This document shows positions 1 through 12,554 of a DNA stretch of 64,000 nt, one piece after another (within the stretch, counting starts at the first letter, position 1; every line of letters begins with the position of its first letter). The notes below the pieces were generated by a model that worked only from the letters and a program-made list of their open reading frames with translations, did not search any database and was not told where the DNA came from. Source of the DNA: Antechinus flavipes. Taxonomy: Eukaryota. Position numbers and translations under genes: made by a program. The stretch is taken from the NCBI RefSeq assembly GCF_016432865.1, contig NC_067398.1, positions 678,094,001 through 678,158,000 of the forward strand, given 5' to 3'.

Positions 1-1111
1 CGAGTGGGCAGTACAGCGGGCAGCACCCTGGACTTAAGGAATAGTGGCTCCCCCGGGACTTCCTTCTCAACTCAGAGTGGAGCTGGCTTCTGGATTAGCC
101 CTCCTGAAAGGCATAAGGGAGGCTCAGTCAGCAACACCAACCTAAAGTATACTGTAGCTGCTCAGGAGGCCAACCTGGCAAGGACCCACTCATCTTTGGC
201 ACTAACCACTCCACTTGATGTCTCCAGTACCAGCAGCCCCGTGGTTAACCCCGGAGAGAGCCCTGTCATCCCAAGGTCTCCAACCACAGCTCAAGTCACC
301 ATGAGTACTGCAGGTGCTGCCCTCCCTGCGGCAGAGAGCCTCATTGTACCAACCCCTGCAGTCTCATCGGGAGCTCCTCCCAGGGATGGGGAGCTGGGTT
401 TACCTGGCCCCGGGATGGAGAGCTCACACCTGAGATCTGGGAACCAACTCAGAGAATTTATTCCGACTGCTCACCATCCTGACCTCCCACATGCAGGAGC
501 CCCACACCTGACCACCTCCTTCCTGGAAATTCTGTCCTCCTTAGACAATGTGACCCCCCAGCCAGGTTCAGCTGCCACATCTCTTAACTCTACGACTCCT
601 GAGAGCCCAGAGGTCAGCTCAGCTTTCCCTCTGACCACCTCATCTGCTCTAGCTACGGCCAGAGGCGCCTTGGCCAATGTTGTCGGAGAGAGCCCTCCAG
701 TAGCTTTCTCTGCAGATCCCACCCCTGCCACCACCCGTGGCTCAGCAGTGACCACTCTAAGCCTGACCTCCTTAGTCCTTATAGGACGTGACCCTACTGG
801 TAATGAGGCGGCCAGCGGGGCATCTAGCTCCCCAGAGCAGACACTGACAACTAGCTTGACACCTGCAGCTGCCTCTGGCTCAGTAGCCTCTCCTCCCACA
901 ATGCTGTCTGGTCTCACAGCACTGGCAACAGGAGCAGGTGCCCAAAGGTCTCTAGGGGAGAGCACACCCTCCCTGGAGCCAGGCTTAGGGACCAGCCTTT
1001 CTGTAACTTGGACCTCACCCCTGTGGAAGACCCCATCTTCCATCAGCCTAGATACAAAGTCAGGGACAGGAACCCCCAGGAGCTCCCCTGTCCTGGTTGT
1101 CACCACTTTTG
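1..1111 (+). CDS. Mucin large exon, 5' end outside window
   Basis: Frame 1 open from base 1, PTS-rich; phase-1 donor TTT G|GTGAGT at 1112. Confidence 0.8.
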
Positions 1112-1295
1112 GTGAGTCTGTACCTTCCCTTGGGGGTCTGTACCTGGGGACCCCCCAGTGCATCTAAGCCCAAAGCGAATCTTTTCCTTGAGCCTTGCCC
1201 CTGCATCCCAGATGAGTGCAGCCCCCGTGACTCTGCTCCTTCATGATAGGGGGGGAGTAAAGATGGGGCTGCAAGGACAGTTAATATCACTGAAG

Positions 1296-1520
1296 CAAAG
1301 GCAGTGTGGTGTATTGGATAGAGCACTCAACCCAGTGCTAGGAAAACTTGGGTTAAATCTCACCTTTGATGCTTACTAGCTGGGCAGCTATAGGCAAGTC
1401 TCACTTATTTACTCGAACCTCAGTTTCTTCATCAGTAAAGTGGGGACAAAAATAACCTGCTTCAGAGGGTGTAGGTGATGTGTGTAAAAAACTTGGCAAA
1501 TTCTAAACATTATATGAACG
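1296..1520 (+). mobile_element. MIR/CORE-SINE
   Basis: gcagtgtggtgtattggatagagcac...cctcagtttcttcatcagtaaagtgggg core. Confidence 0.65.
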
Positions 1521-1543
1521 TGTTGTGTCGTGTTGCATTACAG

Positions 1544-1717
1544 GTTCAGAAAAGGGTTCATTGGAAACATCCAAACTAGTGACCACTCCTCCGATGGACA
1601 AGACACGTGCAGTAGAGACAACAGCCTCATCCTCCCTCGAGACCCCAGCCACAGAGAACAGTGTTTCTGAAGCAGGAACAGACTCTACTGTTCCAGCCAA
1701 CCCCACCCTCCTTATAA
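1544..1717 (+). CDS. Mucin exon, 174 nt (GSEKGSLETS...PTLLI)
   Basis: ttacag|GT acceptor; ATA A|GTAAGT donor; phase 1-1; open. Confidence 0.75.
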
Positions 1718-1732
1718 GTAAGTAACCACTGT

Positions 1733-1940
1733 GGGGTGTGGTGGAAAGAGCTTAGCACTTGGGAGCCAGGAAGAATTAAGTTCAAATTCTGATGCAGACA
1801 CTTACTAGCTGTGTGACCCTCTGCCTGGTTTCCTGATCTGTAATGTCACCTACTTTCATGGCTCACAGGGCTATTGGAACACATGACGTGTAAAATGCTT
1901 TTCAGGACTTGAAGAGTTATGTAAAGGCTCGCGATTATTA
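1733..1940 (+). mobile_element. Degenerate MIR/CORE-SINE
   Basis: gtggaaagagc...gttcaaattctg...acttactagctgtgtgacc. Confidence 0.55.
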
Positions 1941-2398
1941 GTGTTATCACTACCAGTGCCTTCTTCCCTTTGGGGAGCCTGGTGGAGGACATGGAAAGTG
2001 GAAGTGGGCTGTGCCCTGCGAGGTTAGAGCCACAAAAAGAGACAATTCTCCAGGTCCATTTTTTGGTCCTGATTTCAGGACCGTGCCCCAGGTGGTGCCC
2101 CAGCTCCCATGTCTGCTCCCCTGCACACTTCCCTGGAGGATAACTTTCAAGCTCTATTATCCTCTCTTGTCTTTTTTCTCCTCTTGAATTTGTTATATTG
2201 ATGTCTTTTTACATCGTCTTCACTTCCTCATCCTTTAGCACTCTCTTGCTAAAAAAAGAAAAAGTCACATAAGCATGAACCATGTCTAAGAGTTTATACC
2301 TCATTCTGCATCTGTGATCTACCACCTCTCTATTGAGGAGAGCTGTCTGCTTCATCAGCCCTTTGGAGTCAAGATTGGATATGATAACCAATTTGATT

Positions 2399-2675
2399 AC
2401 TGAGGTCCTTTACGTGGGGTGAAAAAAAACTTTTTTGAGAACTGTTATTTTTTAAAATAATAATTTCACTTCCCCCTCAATTTATTTTTTTAATTTAATT
2501 TTTAATTTAATATATATTTTTTTAATTTTGAGAATTGCATTTCAATAGATCGACATCCTATGTAATCCTATGTATACATTTTAAAAACATGATGTTGAGA
2601 AGGGAATGGGATCCACAGGCTTTATCAGACTGACTGCTACAAGGGATCATAAAAAATAGGGTTATGAATCCTGCT
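2399..2675. mobile_element. Possible non-autonomous hAT-type DNA transposon relic
   Basis: Degenerate inverted ends (gaggtcctttacgtgggg / gggttatgaatcctg) and gagaaggg...ccacaggcttt.tcagactg body; family not certain. Confidence 0.35.
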
Positions 2676-2693
2676 TTAAAATATTACCTTTCT

Positions 2694-2840
2694 GGGGACA
2701 GCTAGATAGAGCACCTGCCCTGAAGTCAGGAGGACCTGAGTTCAAATCTGATCTCAGACACTTAACACTTCCTAGCTGTGTGACTATGGGCAAGTCACTT
2801 AACCCCAATTGCCTAAGCAAATAAATAAAATAAATAAAAA
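2694..2840 (+). mobile_element. WSINE1-like marsupial CORE-SINE with A-rich tail
   Basis: ggggacagctag..gatagagcacctgccctgaagtcaggaggacctgagttcaaat...aaccccaattgcct + A tail; flanked by attacct on both sides (probable TSD). Confidence 0.75.
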
Positions 2841-3092
2841 TTACCTGTCCTTTCTTGTTGGTATAAATAGGATTTTATTTTATTTTTGGTTGGGTCTAAG
2901 AAAAAATGTGGTATTGTCCATTGACAGGCTAGAACTTTGAAGACAAAATACCCTGGAGCCTATGAAAGTAATATTATGTGTTCTAGGTATATGACATATA
3001 TTTAGAGTTAAAGATTGCGTATTTTCCTCCACAACCATCTTCATGTGTTTGCTATGACTGAGCCTGGTGTCTTCCCCCATTCTATTCTTCAG

Positions 3093-3185
3093 GCACAGTA
3101 TCCTCCTCAGATACCCCGGGTCATTTGGGTACAGACGAACCAACAAGTGACCCTTTAGAACCTGTGAACACCTCCAATCCTCTGG
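3093..3185 (+). CDS. Small mucin exon, 93 nt (TVSSSDTPGHLGTDEPTSDPLEPVNTSNPL)
   Basis: ttcttcag|GC acceptor; CTG G|GTAAGT donor; phase 1-1; absent from ORF track. Confidence 0.7.
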
Positions 3186-3804
3186 GTAAGTAGAAGTTTT
3201 CATTCTATTGTTAATATAGAAGGAGCTCACTCCAGAGCTGGAAGGTCTTCACAAGGCCAGCTAATCATCAATGTAGCATCCGAGTGTCAGAGAAGTGAGT
3301 GGACTTGCTGAAGGCCTGCTTCCTTATTTTCTGTCCCTTACTCAGACTAATCAGAGCAGAACAAGAGCTTTTCTTTCTGGGCTCACATTTTATTTTCCTT
3401 TTTCTTCTACTTGTCTACTTGCCTGGAATTTTATTGGGATGGGCAGGTTTGTAAATTGTAAATTGTAATAGGCCATATCGCCTCAGAGTCTGGTGCTGTT
3501 AAATACCTTTTTAAAAACACAAACTGGAAGCCACTAGTCAATTCCTAAAGATACCACCTGATCTTTCTGTGGGAATCTTCCAGTCAACCTTGGAAAACAT
3601 GGATAGAGAACATGGATAGAGTCTGCCCTACTATGGTGCTCTCTCCCATCTTTAATTCCTAGTGGAACTATGTGGAACTGCAGCTAAGCTTCAAGACAAA
3701 CTATCTTGTAACAGTGACTCTTGCAAAGTTAGAGTAACAATTCTTAAATCAGCATGACATCTCGAAAAGTAACATTAAGCTCTAAGACTGCTCACACCAT
3801 TATA

Positions 3805-4350
3805 AAAGACCATAAATTTGGAGCTAAAAGAGATCTTAGAGATTACTGAATCCAATCTCTCACTTTACAGATGAGGAGCTAAAAGAGATCTTAGAGATTA
3901 CTGAATCCAACCCCTCACTTTACAGATGAGGAGCTAAAAGAGATCTTAGAGATTACTGAATCCAACCCCTCACTTTACAGATGAGGAGCTAAAAGAGATC
4001 TTAGAGATTACTGAATCCAACCCCTCACTTTACAGATGAGGAGCTAAAAGAGATCTTAGAGATTACTGAATCCAACCCCTCACTTTACAGATGAGGAGCT
4101 AAAAGAGATCTTAGAGATGACTGAATCCAACCCCTCACTTTACAGATGAGGAGCTAAAAAAGATCTTAGAGATGACTGAATCCAACCCCTCACTTTACAG
4201 ATGAGGAGCTAAAAGAGATTTTAGAGATGACTGAATCCAACCCCTCACTTTACAGACGAGGAAACTGAGACCCAGAGAGATTAAAGAGACATGTCCAAGA
4301 TTAGGTGGGTAGCAAGTAGCAATAGCTGAGTTTTGAATCCAGATCCAAAA
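3805..4350 (-). mobile_element. MIR-type SINE hosting the 55-bp minisatellite
   Basis: After the last unit the sequence continues gaaactgagacccagagagattaa...tttgaatccagatc (reverse MIR core). Confidence 0.7.
3821..4260. repeat. 55-bp minisatellite x8 inside a MIR-type SINE
   Basis: gagctaaaag starts at 3821, 3876, 3931, 3986, 4041, 4096, 4151, 4206. Confidence 0.95.
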
Positions 4351-4739
4351 GGTGCTTGTTTTAGGGAAAACAATAACTCCAACAATAAACATTTACCCAA
4401 TACCTGCTAAATGTGTATATGGCACTAGGCTCAGAACTGGAAAGAAAAGACAAAAGCTTAAATTCTGTTGGGAAGATAGAAGGAGATAACAAAGTTTGGG
4501 GAGTTTGGTGGGTACAGTTAGAGGATCAGCAGCTAGCAGTGGGGAGGGAGGTGTTGCTAATGATTCCGATAGCTCTCCTATCACCATCCTTCTGCTCTTC
4601 CCAACCAATCAACTGCTTAGTCACCAGACTATCTCTGCTCTACCAGGGGTAGAGTGGCAGGTATTGCCCTGACTATACAGGAAACCTGGGAGCTCTCTAG
4701 GCTCCCTGAAAAAGACTAGGTCCTTTTTTTTTTTTTCAG

Positions 4740-7280
4740 AGACCTCAGTGGAGACAGTGAGTGGGGAGACAGATCCTGGCTCTACCACTCCTCAGCCAAC
4801 CAATGTCCCTGAGTCCATCTCTACGAGCAGCCATGGATCTGGGGCACCCACAGAAGCCCCTATGCCAACTGAGATATCTACCCAAGTGACCACAAGACAT
4901 GAAGACCTTTCTCATACCCCACTAAAGCCCACTGTTGCTCCAGGTTCCAGTCCCCCCTTAGAGGCTAGCACACTTGGGATAGTTTCCTCTATTCTCCCTG
5001 AGACAATTTCCTCTATCCTCCCTGCAGCCAACCCAACTGCAGGTATGATCACTGGAGAGATCAATCCACCAGTTCCCACATCATTGTCTACTCCAGTTGA
5101 TTCCTTGTACAGTAAAGTTTTTGGTGGAGGAGTGGGAACAAGTCCCAAAGTCACATGGATACAACCTACTTCAACTGTGATGAAAACTACGTCTCCAACC
5201 CCAGAGAGGTCAAAGTCCCAGGCAAGAAGTGAGCTGAGCTCCTCTACCCTGTCTCCCATTGCCCTGAGTGATGTCCCAATAGCTGTTGGAGGAGACATAG
5301 GCATAACTGTGCCATTTACAAAAACAGCTACCGAGGGTATGGTAGTGATGACATCCAGCACCTTCTCTAAGCCTGAAGAAACATCCCATACCGTTCAAAG
5401 TCCACACCCGAGCTCCTTGGACTCTCCATCCATTCCCTGGACTGAGAGAGCAACCTCTTTGAGTGTAGAAAAGACTCTCTATTCCAGGGCTGTCCATAGG
5501 CCCTCGAGCTCATCTGACACCACAACCAAGACACAGACCAGCAAAGATGCTGCTCCATCTACTGAATCCACTGAAGTCTTGGTTGATCAGGAATCAACTA
5601 GCCCAATTCTTGTCACCAGCGAAAAAACACTGAAAAGTATAAATGTGACCTCCGGAGCCACTCGAGTGATTGAAGCCGGCACAGCAGGGAGAACTTCATT
5701 CTCAGAGACCAGCTTACTCTCATTCCCAGAGTCCTCTGATTCTACTGAGGTCAGAACCAGTCTCACGACAAGTTCTACCAGAAGACCCAGCTCTGAGACA
5801 GACCTGTCTTTTGGCGTCTCCAAGTCAGAGGAGTGGGGCTACTCGACATCTCCCCCCACATCCTTTCTATCTGTGGACGCATTGACATCTGTTGTCAGTA
5901 ATGGAGCAGAAGTGACAGAAGCTTTTTCTCCAACTGCTGGCCCCACGGGGATCACCACTTCTGAAAAAGTCATCAGCTATCTGGGACTTGGAGCCACCAC
6001 TGTAGGGAGCCTTGGGTCTGGGGCGCCTACAGGGACCATCTCAACTTTGGGAGGAACCACCGCACAAGCTGAGACAACTATCCAAGTGACAAGACATGAA
6101 GACCCTTTTCATCCCCCACTTAAAACCACTGTTGCTCCAAGTTCCAGCCCTCCGCTGGAGACTAGTACACTTGGGACAGTTTCCTCTACTTCCCCTTCAG
6201 CCTCCCCAGCAGAAGATCCAATGACTGGCGAGTTTCCCCACTCAGTTTCCACGCCATTGTCTACTCCAGCTGATGCCTTGTACACCAAAATTTTTGGTGG
6301 AGGAGCGGGAACAAGCCCCAAGGTCACATGGATACAACCTACTTCAACTCTGTTGAAAACCACATCTCCAACTCCAGAGAGGTCAAAGTCCCAGGAAAGA
6401 TCCGAGTTGGGCTCCTCTCCTCTGCCTCCTATTGCCCTGACAAATGCCCCAGTGGCTATTGGAGGAGACACAGGCTCGACTGTGGCAGTCACAGAACAGA
6501 CAGCTGAAGACAGGACAGCAAAGATAGCTGTCACCTTCTCGGAGCTGCCAGAAACATCTCTGACCACTCAGAGTCCACGCTCCAGCCCCTTGGACCCTCC
6601 ATCCATTCCCTGGACTGAGGGGAATGCAGAAAAGACTGTCTATTCCAGGGCTGTCCATGGGCCCTCCAGCTCATCTGACCCCACACCCAAGGCCCAGAAC
6701 AGCAAAGATGCTGCTCCATCTACAACAGCCCCAGATGAACAGGCGTCAACAAGCTCAATTTTTGCCAGTCGAGGAAAAACACAGAAAAGTGCCAGTGAGT
6801 CCTCAATAAGCCCCCTGGTGGCCAAGGGAGGAACATCAGACACAGAGACGGGCTCAGAATTCATCGATTCCTTCTACACAAAAGTTTTTGAAGGAGGGTT
6901 GAAAACCACCCCCCGCAGAACCTGGTCCTACCAAAGTCTGATCTCTACCAGCTCTTCGGTGGTAGAATCCCACAAGTCCCTCAGTGCTCCAGATACAAAC
7001 GTGAGCCCATTTTCCTCTGAGACCTCTCTCTCTACTGACGCCAGTACCAGCTTCAGGATAAGTCCTCCTGGAACGTCCAGCGCAAACTCATACACGGCAC
7101 TCACCCACACCCTACTCCCAAGCATAGCTGCAATCAAAGCTTTCATGACTTTGGAGTCAAAGTCTGGGACCCGAGAGACATCGGCTCGGGCAGAGACGCA
7201 AGACCTCCTTTTAGAGGTTACAGCGAATGGGAGCAGCCCTCCGAGGGTTCCCTCTCCTACTCCCGCCACCCTGCTTACAA
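4740..7280 (+). CDS. Mucin large exon, 2541 nt, with internal diverged duplication (~4880-5570 vs ~6080-6730)
   Basis: poly-T-cag|AG acceptor; ACA A|GTAAGC donor; 847 codons; matches ORF 4748..7339. Confidence 0.85.
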
Positions 7281-8249
7281 GTAAGCTCCCACTTTGGCTT
7301 CCTGTGTCCTTTGGGAGGGCATGGTGGGCTCCACCCTAAGATGGGAGAGATACACCACTGAAAAGGAGAGGCATCTTCTAGCCTTCCTCCCCTCCCTTCT
7401 TCTCTCTTTTTTTCCCCTAATTTTCTAATTTAATTCTAACTTTTTTCTAATTAATTCTAATTGACAATGCCCCAAAGCACTGGGCTATCTCTTTAAGAGA
7501 TCCCAATTTTGTTCCTTAGAATGGGAACTAGACAACATAACATTGAGTGATTTGGAGAGGAAGAGTTCTAGCTGTGCCCATCGTGGCTGTAGCCGTTGTA
7601 GCTGTTCCACTGAGGGAGTAGTCAGATTCACATTGTACCTTGGCTCATATTCCTCAAGAATTAATACAGCTTGGGGGATTTCTTGGACTTAGCAGATTGC
7701 TCTCTTCATGGGAGTCCAAAGGACATCATGTTTGTCACAAATGGGTGGCTCCGGGTATAAGAGAGGAGCCTCAGGTCCCTGAAACGACTTAAGAGATGCC
7801 AGGGCTTAAAGAGCAGCCTAAGTCAGAGATTTGCCAATAGGATAGGGTCTACCCCAAGGAAGGACCCAAACTTAAGGTAGGACATATATACCTGAGCCCA
7901 AATCTTCCTCAGGTTCCAACTAACCCCTCCTTCTAGTCTCAGCCCTATCTGAGAGGAGTACAAAGTCAGGGGGTGTCACAGAGCAATCTCATGTAAGCAG
8001 GAAATCCATAAATCCCCCAAGGTCTCGGCGATGGGATCCAAAACTGGACTTTTAATGTTGGAGATTCCGAGACAAACTGACTCCTCAAAGACAGCCTTTG
8101 CTTCTGCCTCCGCTCAGGTTGCTAGCTTCAGCAATTCAAGGGACCCTTTCTGCACAGAACTAGAAAGTAGCCGAACATCTGGTCTCTTTTCCTTTAACAG
8201 CCTTCAACAGCAAAGTCACAAAGATATTTTCAATCTAAATTTCAATCCA

Positions 8250-8307
8250 AACACACAGACACAGACACACACACACACACACAGACACACACACACACAC
8301 ACACACA
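8250..8307. repeat. (CA)n microsatellite with GA interruptions
   Basis: Direct reading. Confidence 0.95.
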
Positions 8308-8972
8308 GTAACTTCTACCATCTCAGGGAAGTCAGAGGCTCGGAGAGGGCTCAAGCCCAGATCAGCGGGGCAGCATTTTATTGCCATGAGTAAGACTATC
8401 TGCCATAGAAGGAGGCACGGGTACAGCTGTTCCATCCTTGTCCACAGATAAATCTGGGCTGGATCTAGCAGCATCTCCTGACCTACAGACACTGCCCAAA
8501 TCACTCCAGGAGAATCTGGACAGTGAAGAAGCCTTAGACTGACAGAATGACTTCCTAAATTACCTGAGGCAATGAGAGGAACCAAGCAAAATGCTCATGT
8601 GTGATATAGCTTGAGTTCACATCTGGGGACTTCTTTACTCCTCTTGGTAGCTTTTCTCCTTCAAAACTCCTGAAAGGAGGAACCTTTTGGCCTTAGTGCC
8701 CAAGGAGCTTTCCCTTCTTCTGGGCAAAAACTACACATCCTTATTCTTTTAAAATGCCAGGTAGCATCTTAAACACAACTGGTCCGAGGAAAAGGGGAAA
8801 CTTCAGCAAAAGGCTAGGAAGGATCAGAGATAAGACAAAGATACTCGTAGGGGTCTCTGTGAAACCTCATTTCAGGCTGCTTCATAAGGGACAAGTCTGT
8901 CTGCCTTGATTAGAGTCAGTGCTCAGGCAATGTGTGTTGACACAGGGATTGACTGACTTACCATTTCTACAG

Positions 8973-9074
8973 CAATTGGTGACAAGCAAGGTCCCAGTAC
9001 TCACAGTGCAGAGCTGCCTTCAACAGAAGGTCCCAGATCTCCAGTCAGTGAGCCCCTGCTGCCCACCACGCCAG
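8973..9074 (+). CDS. Array small exon S1, 102 nt (IGDKQGPSTHSAELPSTEGPRSPVSEPLLPTTP)
   Basis: gactgacttaccatttctacag| acceptor homologous to S2-S7; CCA G|GTTAGT donor; phase 1-1. Confidence 0.6.
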
Positions 9075-9677
9075 GTTAGTAAGAGTTACCCCTCTATGTG
9101 CAATGAAGGACAATGCCCATCTGTGCTCAGTTTTCTGCTTTGGGGGAGCTTTGCATTTCACAGATATTTGCGGTGCTCTTCTTGGTTCTTGCCTTTTTTA
9201 AGAGTTTTTGACTCTTGCTTTTTCTTGGGGACTGGAAAAAAGCACTGCTTCCTTTGGAAGATGGAGGGGATGTAAAGGGTTGTGCAGTGCTTTGCTACAA
9301 GTGGTTTTAGGACATGGCCTGGTTCATGCAAACAGGTGGACTGGAGGAAGTGCAGCTCAGAAGGGAAGGAGAGCATATATTAAAGAGGGCTCGGGACAAG
9401 TCTAGGAATACAGATTGCCAGTGGATAGAAGTCTGTAAAAGTGTATGTCAGTGTTGCAGAGGGGTTTGGGCTCAGGCACTGAGGGGAAGCTTATTGATGA
9501 AAATGCTTGTCCTGGAGAAGGTGTCATGATGAGCATGAAAGAAAGAGTGAATGGTGCAGCTTGGAACATTTTAGGTGTGTTTGTGTTTCACACACACAGA
9601 AGAAAAGATGGTCACAGGGTAATTTGCAGCTAGTCCATTAGTGTCTTGCTCCTGTGCCAACCAATGCCCTCTTTTAG

Positions 9678-12554
9678 ACACAGGGTTATCGAGCAGAAGC
9701 CCAGATGCCGTAGGTACGGGGCACGCATCCCCTGCCAGTGGAGAGGACCCGGAGCCCACCAGCCTGCCTGTGGTTGCATCCTCCATGGGAACCTCCACCT
9801 TTAGGAGCCCAGCAGTGACCGAGCCTGTAGAGACAGCTCCTGGCTCAGCCTCTGCTCAGGCCTCCAGCTTCCCTGTGGGCTCTGCCTCGGGGAGCCCAGC
9901 CCTGGACACCACCCCAGCCTCCATGTCTTCTCCGGTGACAGAGGACTCCAAATCCTTGGAGACTTCTGCCACCGGGACCATGGGCACTGACTCCCTGCCA
10001 CAGGTTCCTACTTCGGGGAAGCCACAGGCGGTTCCAGGCTCCAGCACTCCCTTCCCCTCCGGCTCCCAAGGGACAGTTTCTTCCCTTTTCCCCACGGCCA
10101 GCCCCAGTGCAGACACCACAGCAGCAAGGGAGCCTGACAGCACGGAGCCTGCAGACAGTCCCCCAGGGAGCTCCTTCCCTCCAGAGTTCTCGGCTTCAGG
10201 GCAAACTAGCAGCCACACTCTTTCCCCAGCTCCTTCTCACCCAGGCTTCCATAGCCAAGTCCCAGAGATGGTCCCCACATCCATCCCAATGCACACGGAG
10301 ACTTGGAGCACGGCAGGGAAGCCAGAAAGTGAGACGGGCCCTGGGGCCATTTCATCTGGGCCACCCTCCACTGGACTGAGTCAGTCGTCCTCCCCTGAAG
10401 CAGGAGGAGCAGCCACAGACACAACATCCATGGCAGGGAGCACAGGGACCTTGTTGTTGTCCATCAGTGTCCCTGTATCCACAGCGAGTTCGGGAACTCC
10501 CATCCCTACTAGAATGCCCAGCCCTTCCACGGGGAGCCTGGAGACCTCCTGGCCTGAGACAAGAACCTCCCCTTTCTCTCCCAATGTTGGCCATGGCACG
10601 GGCTCTGCCAGCACCCGGCTCCTCCCGTCGGCATCCCTGGCCACTGGGATACCTGTTGGTATGACTGGGCAGCCGTCTTTGGGGACCCCCATGCCCGAGG
10701 GGGGGGCCAGCGCTGCAGCTTCTCTTGCAACCTTCCCGCCCAGTGGGGGCACACAGAGAAGCACCGGCTGGGAGTCCAGCCCCTTCCTCCTGCATGAGCC
10801 CAGTCCCACAGGCTCTGAGACCACGAGGGACGTCTCTGGCTCCCGGCTTCCTGCACAGACTTCCACACTGAGACACGTCCCAGGTCCCACCGCGGGGCCC
10901 AGCACTGACACACCGGATCTTCCCCCCTGGGACCACAGCTCCAGTGTGCCAGTGACCATTGGTGGGGCTGAGACCCCCGCCGGGCTGGGGCCAAGGACCG
11001 CAGCTGGAGCCTCTGCCTCTAGTGACCCTCTTGCTCATCCTGGGGAAGGTGCAACGGTCTCATGGTTTTCTAGCCCAGCTGAGGCCGCCATGGGTGTGCT
11101 AAGCACCAGCCTGGATTGGCTCCGGATTCCCACAGTAGTCACCCCTGAAGCCCCCTCTGAGTCCAGCACTTTGGGGGATGGTGGGAGTTCTGCTGTCCCT
11201 GGTACTGAAAGGACAAAGCTGACTCCCAGCAGTCAGAGCACAGTCAGAAGGGCCACCCCTCCTGCCTCAGCTTCATCCGTGGAGATCCCAACCCGGGAAG
11301 GAGGGGCCGGGGCAGCTGCCTCAGTGACTGCCTCCCTGTCTGTAGATTCCACTCCCTCAGGCCCTGGTAATGGAGCCCCAGGTTCTGCCTCCTTGGCCAT
11401 TAGCTCCCCAGGGGATGGGAGTAGAACCTATGAGCTGTCAGCCACAGCCTCAGAGACCACCTCTCTTCATTCCCTGACCACGTCACCAGTGGAAGGTTCC
11501 ACCAGGGAAGTCCCAGCTACTGTGACAAGAGAGGGCACTGAAAGGAGACTCAGTCAAGAGCCCCCTACTAGCCCAGAAGTCATCCCAGTCTCCTCTAGGG
11601 ACACAGCTCCCACAGCGACAATCCATCTTCTGCAGGAGGTATCCCTTGGGCCAAGTACAGAAGGTCTGCCTGTCACTGACCTGCCAACAATGACTGAGAC
11701 CACATCCCCATCGGCCCCTGGGCTGGCTGCAGAAGCCAGCTCAGCTTCTCCTCTTGCTCCGGTCACACGGCTCAGCCCTTCTGCCACATCCCCCAAGTCC
11801 ACAGCAGAGACCCGTGGAGCATCTTGGGCCAGGACTGTTTCTTTGCGTCCCACCCACTTCATGACAGAGACCTCAAGGTCTGGGTTGCCCACCCACGCAG
11901 ACAGGGCTGTGTCCACCTTCTCAGAGAATGTCAGCGAGGAAACAGCTTCTATTTCAGCTGCTCCTTTGGTCACAGCAACAGGGTCCCTGGGGTCTACAGA
12001 GCAGGAGTCCAGCCCCACGCGATCAGGCCTGTCCACCACTGAGTGGAATGGTTCCAGTCTCAGCCCTCCTCTGACCAGCGTTTCCATCATCTCAGTTCCT
12101 AGCTCACAGTCCCCTTCCTCTGGCTCTGGGAGCAGCCCCCCAACGCCACCAGACACCAGCTTTGCCAATGCCCTGGACAGCAACTCATCCCCAGGGACCA
12201 GTCTTGTGTCTGTCCAGTCCTCAGAGGCTGCAGCAACTACTTCCGGGCTGTCACACTCCTACCCAGGCTCCTCGGCTGAGTTCATGCCCTCCTCCACTTC
12301 TTGGACCAAGAGCTCTGCACCTGGGATGGCCACATCCTCTGGGTCCCCTGTGACCTTTCCCATCACCACTGGGTCAGAGACGAACATCAAAGGGAGAACA
12401 GCAGGGCCATTCACACCATATTTAGAAAATACGGAGCCTCTGTGGACAACTGTCTCTTCGCACTCAGGGATCAGTCTCCCGGTGGACGTCTCTTCCCCAT
12501 CGGGTATTGTATGGGTTTTAGTTGCTGGTGTTTCCAGCTCGGTCCCATCCCTAT
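9678..12554 (+). CDS. Array large exon L1, 2877 nt
   Basis: ccctcttttag|AC acceptor; CTA T|GTGAGC donor at the position homologous to the ACA A|GTAAGC donor of L7; open. Confidence 0.8.

Noticed and set aside
3821-4260. CRISPR-like array
   Set aside because: Head-to-tail units without unique spacers, derived from a mammalian SINE
7460-7980. Solo LTR (ends TGTCACA, internal tataag)
   Set aside because: No matching TSD, no clear left TG boundary or polyA signal; left unassigned pending a repeat-library search
12503-12554. Transmembrane segment GIVWVLVAGV near large-exon ends
   Set aside because: Hydrophobic run is about 9 residues, too short, and polar in the L2, L4 and L7 homologs
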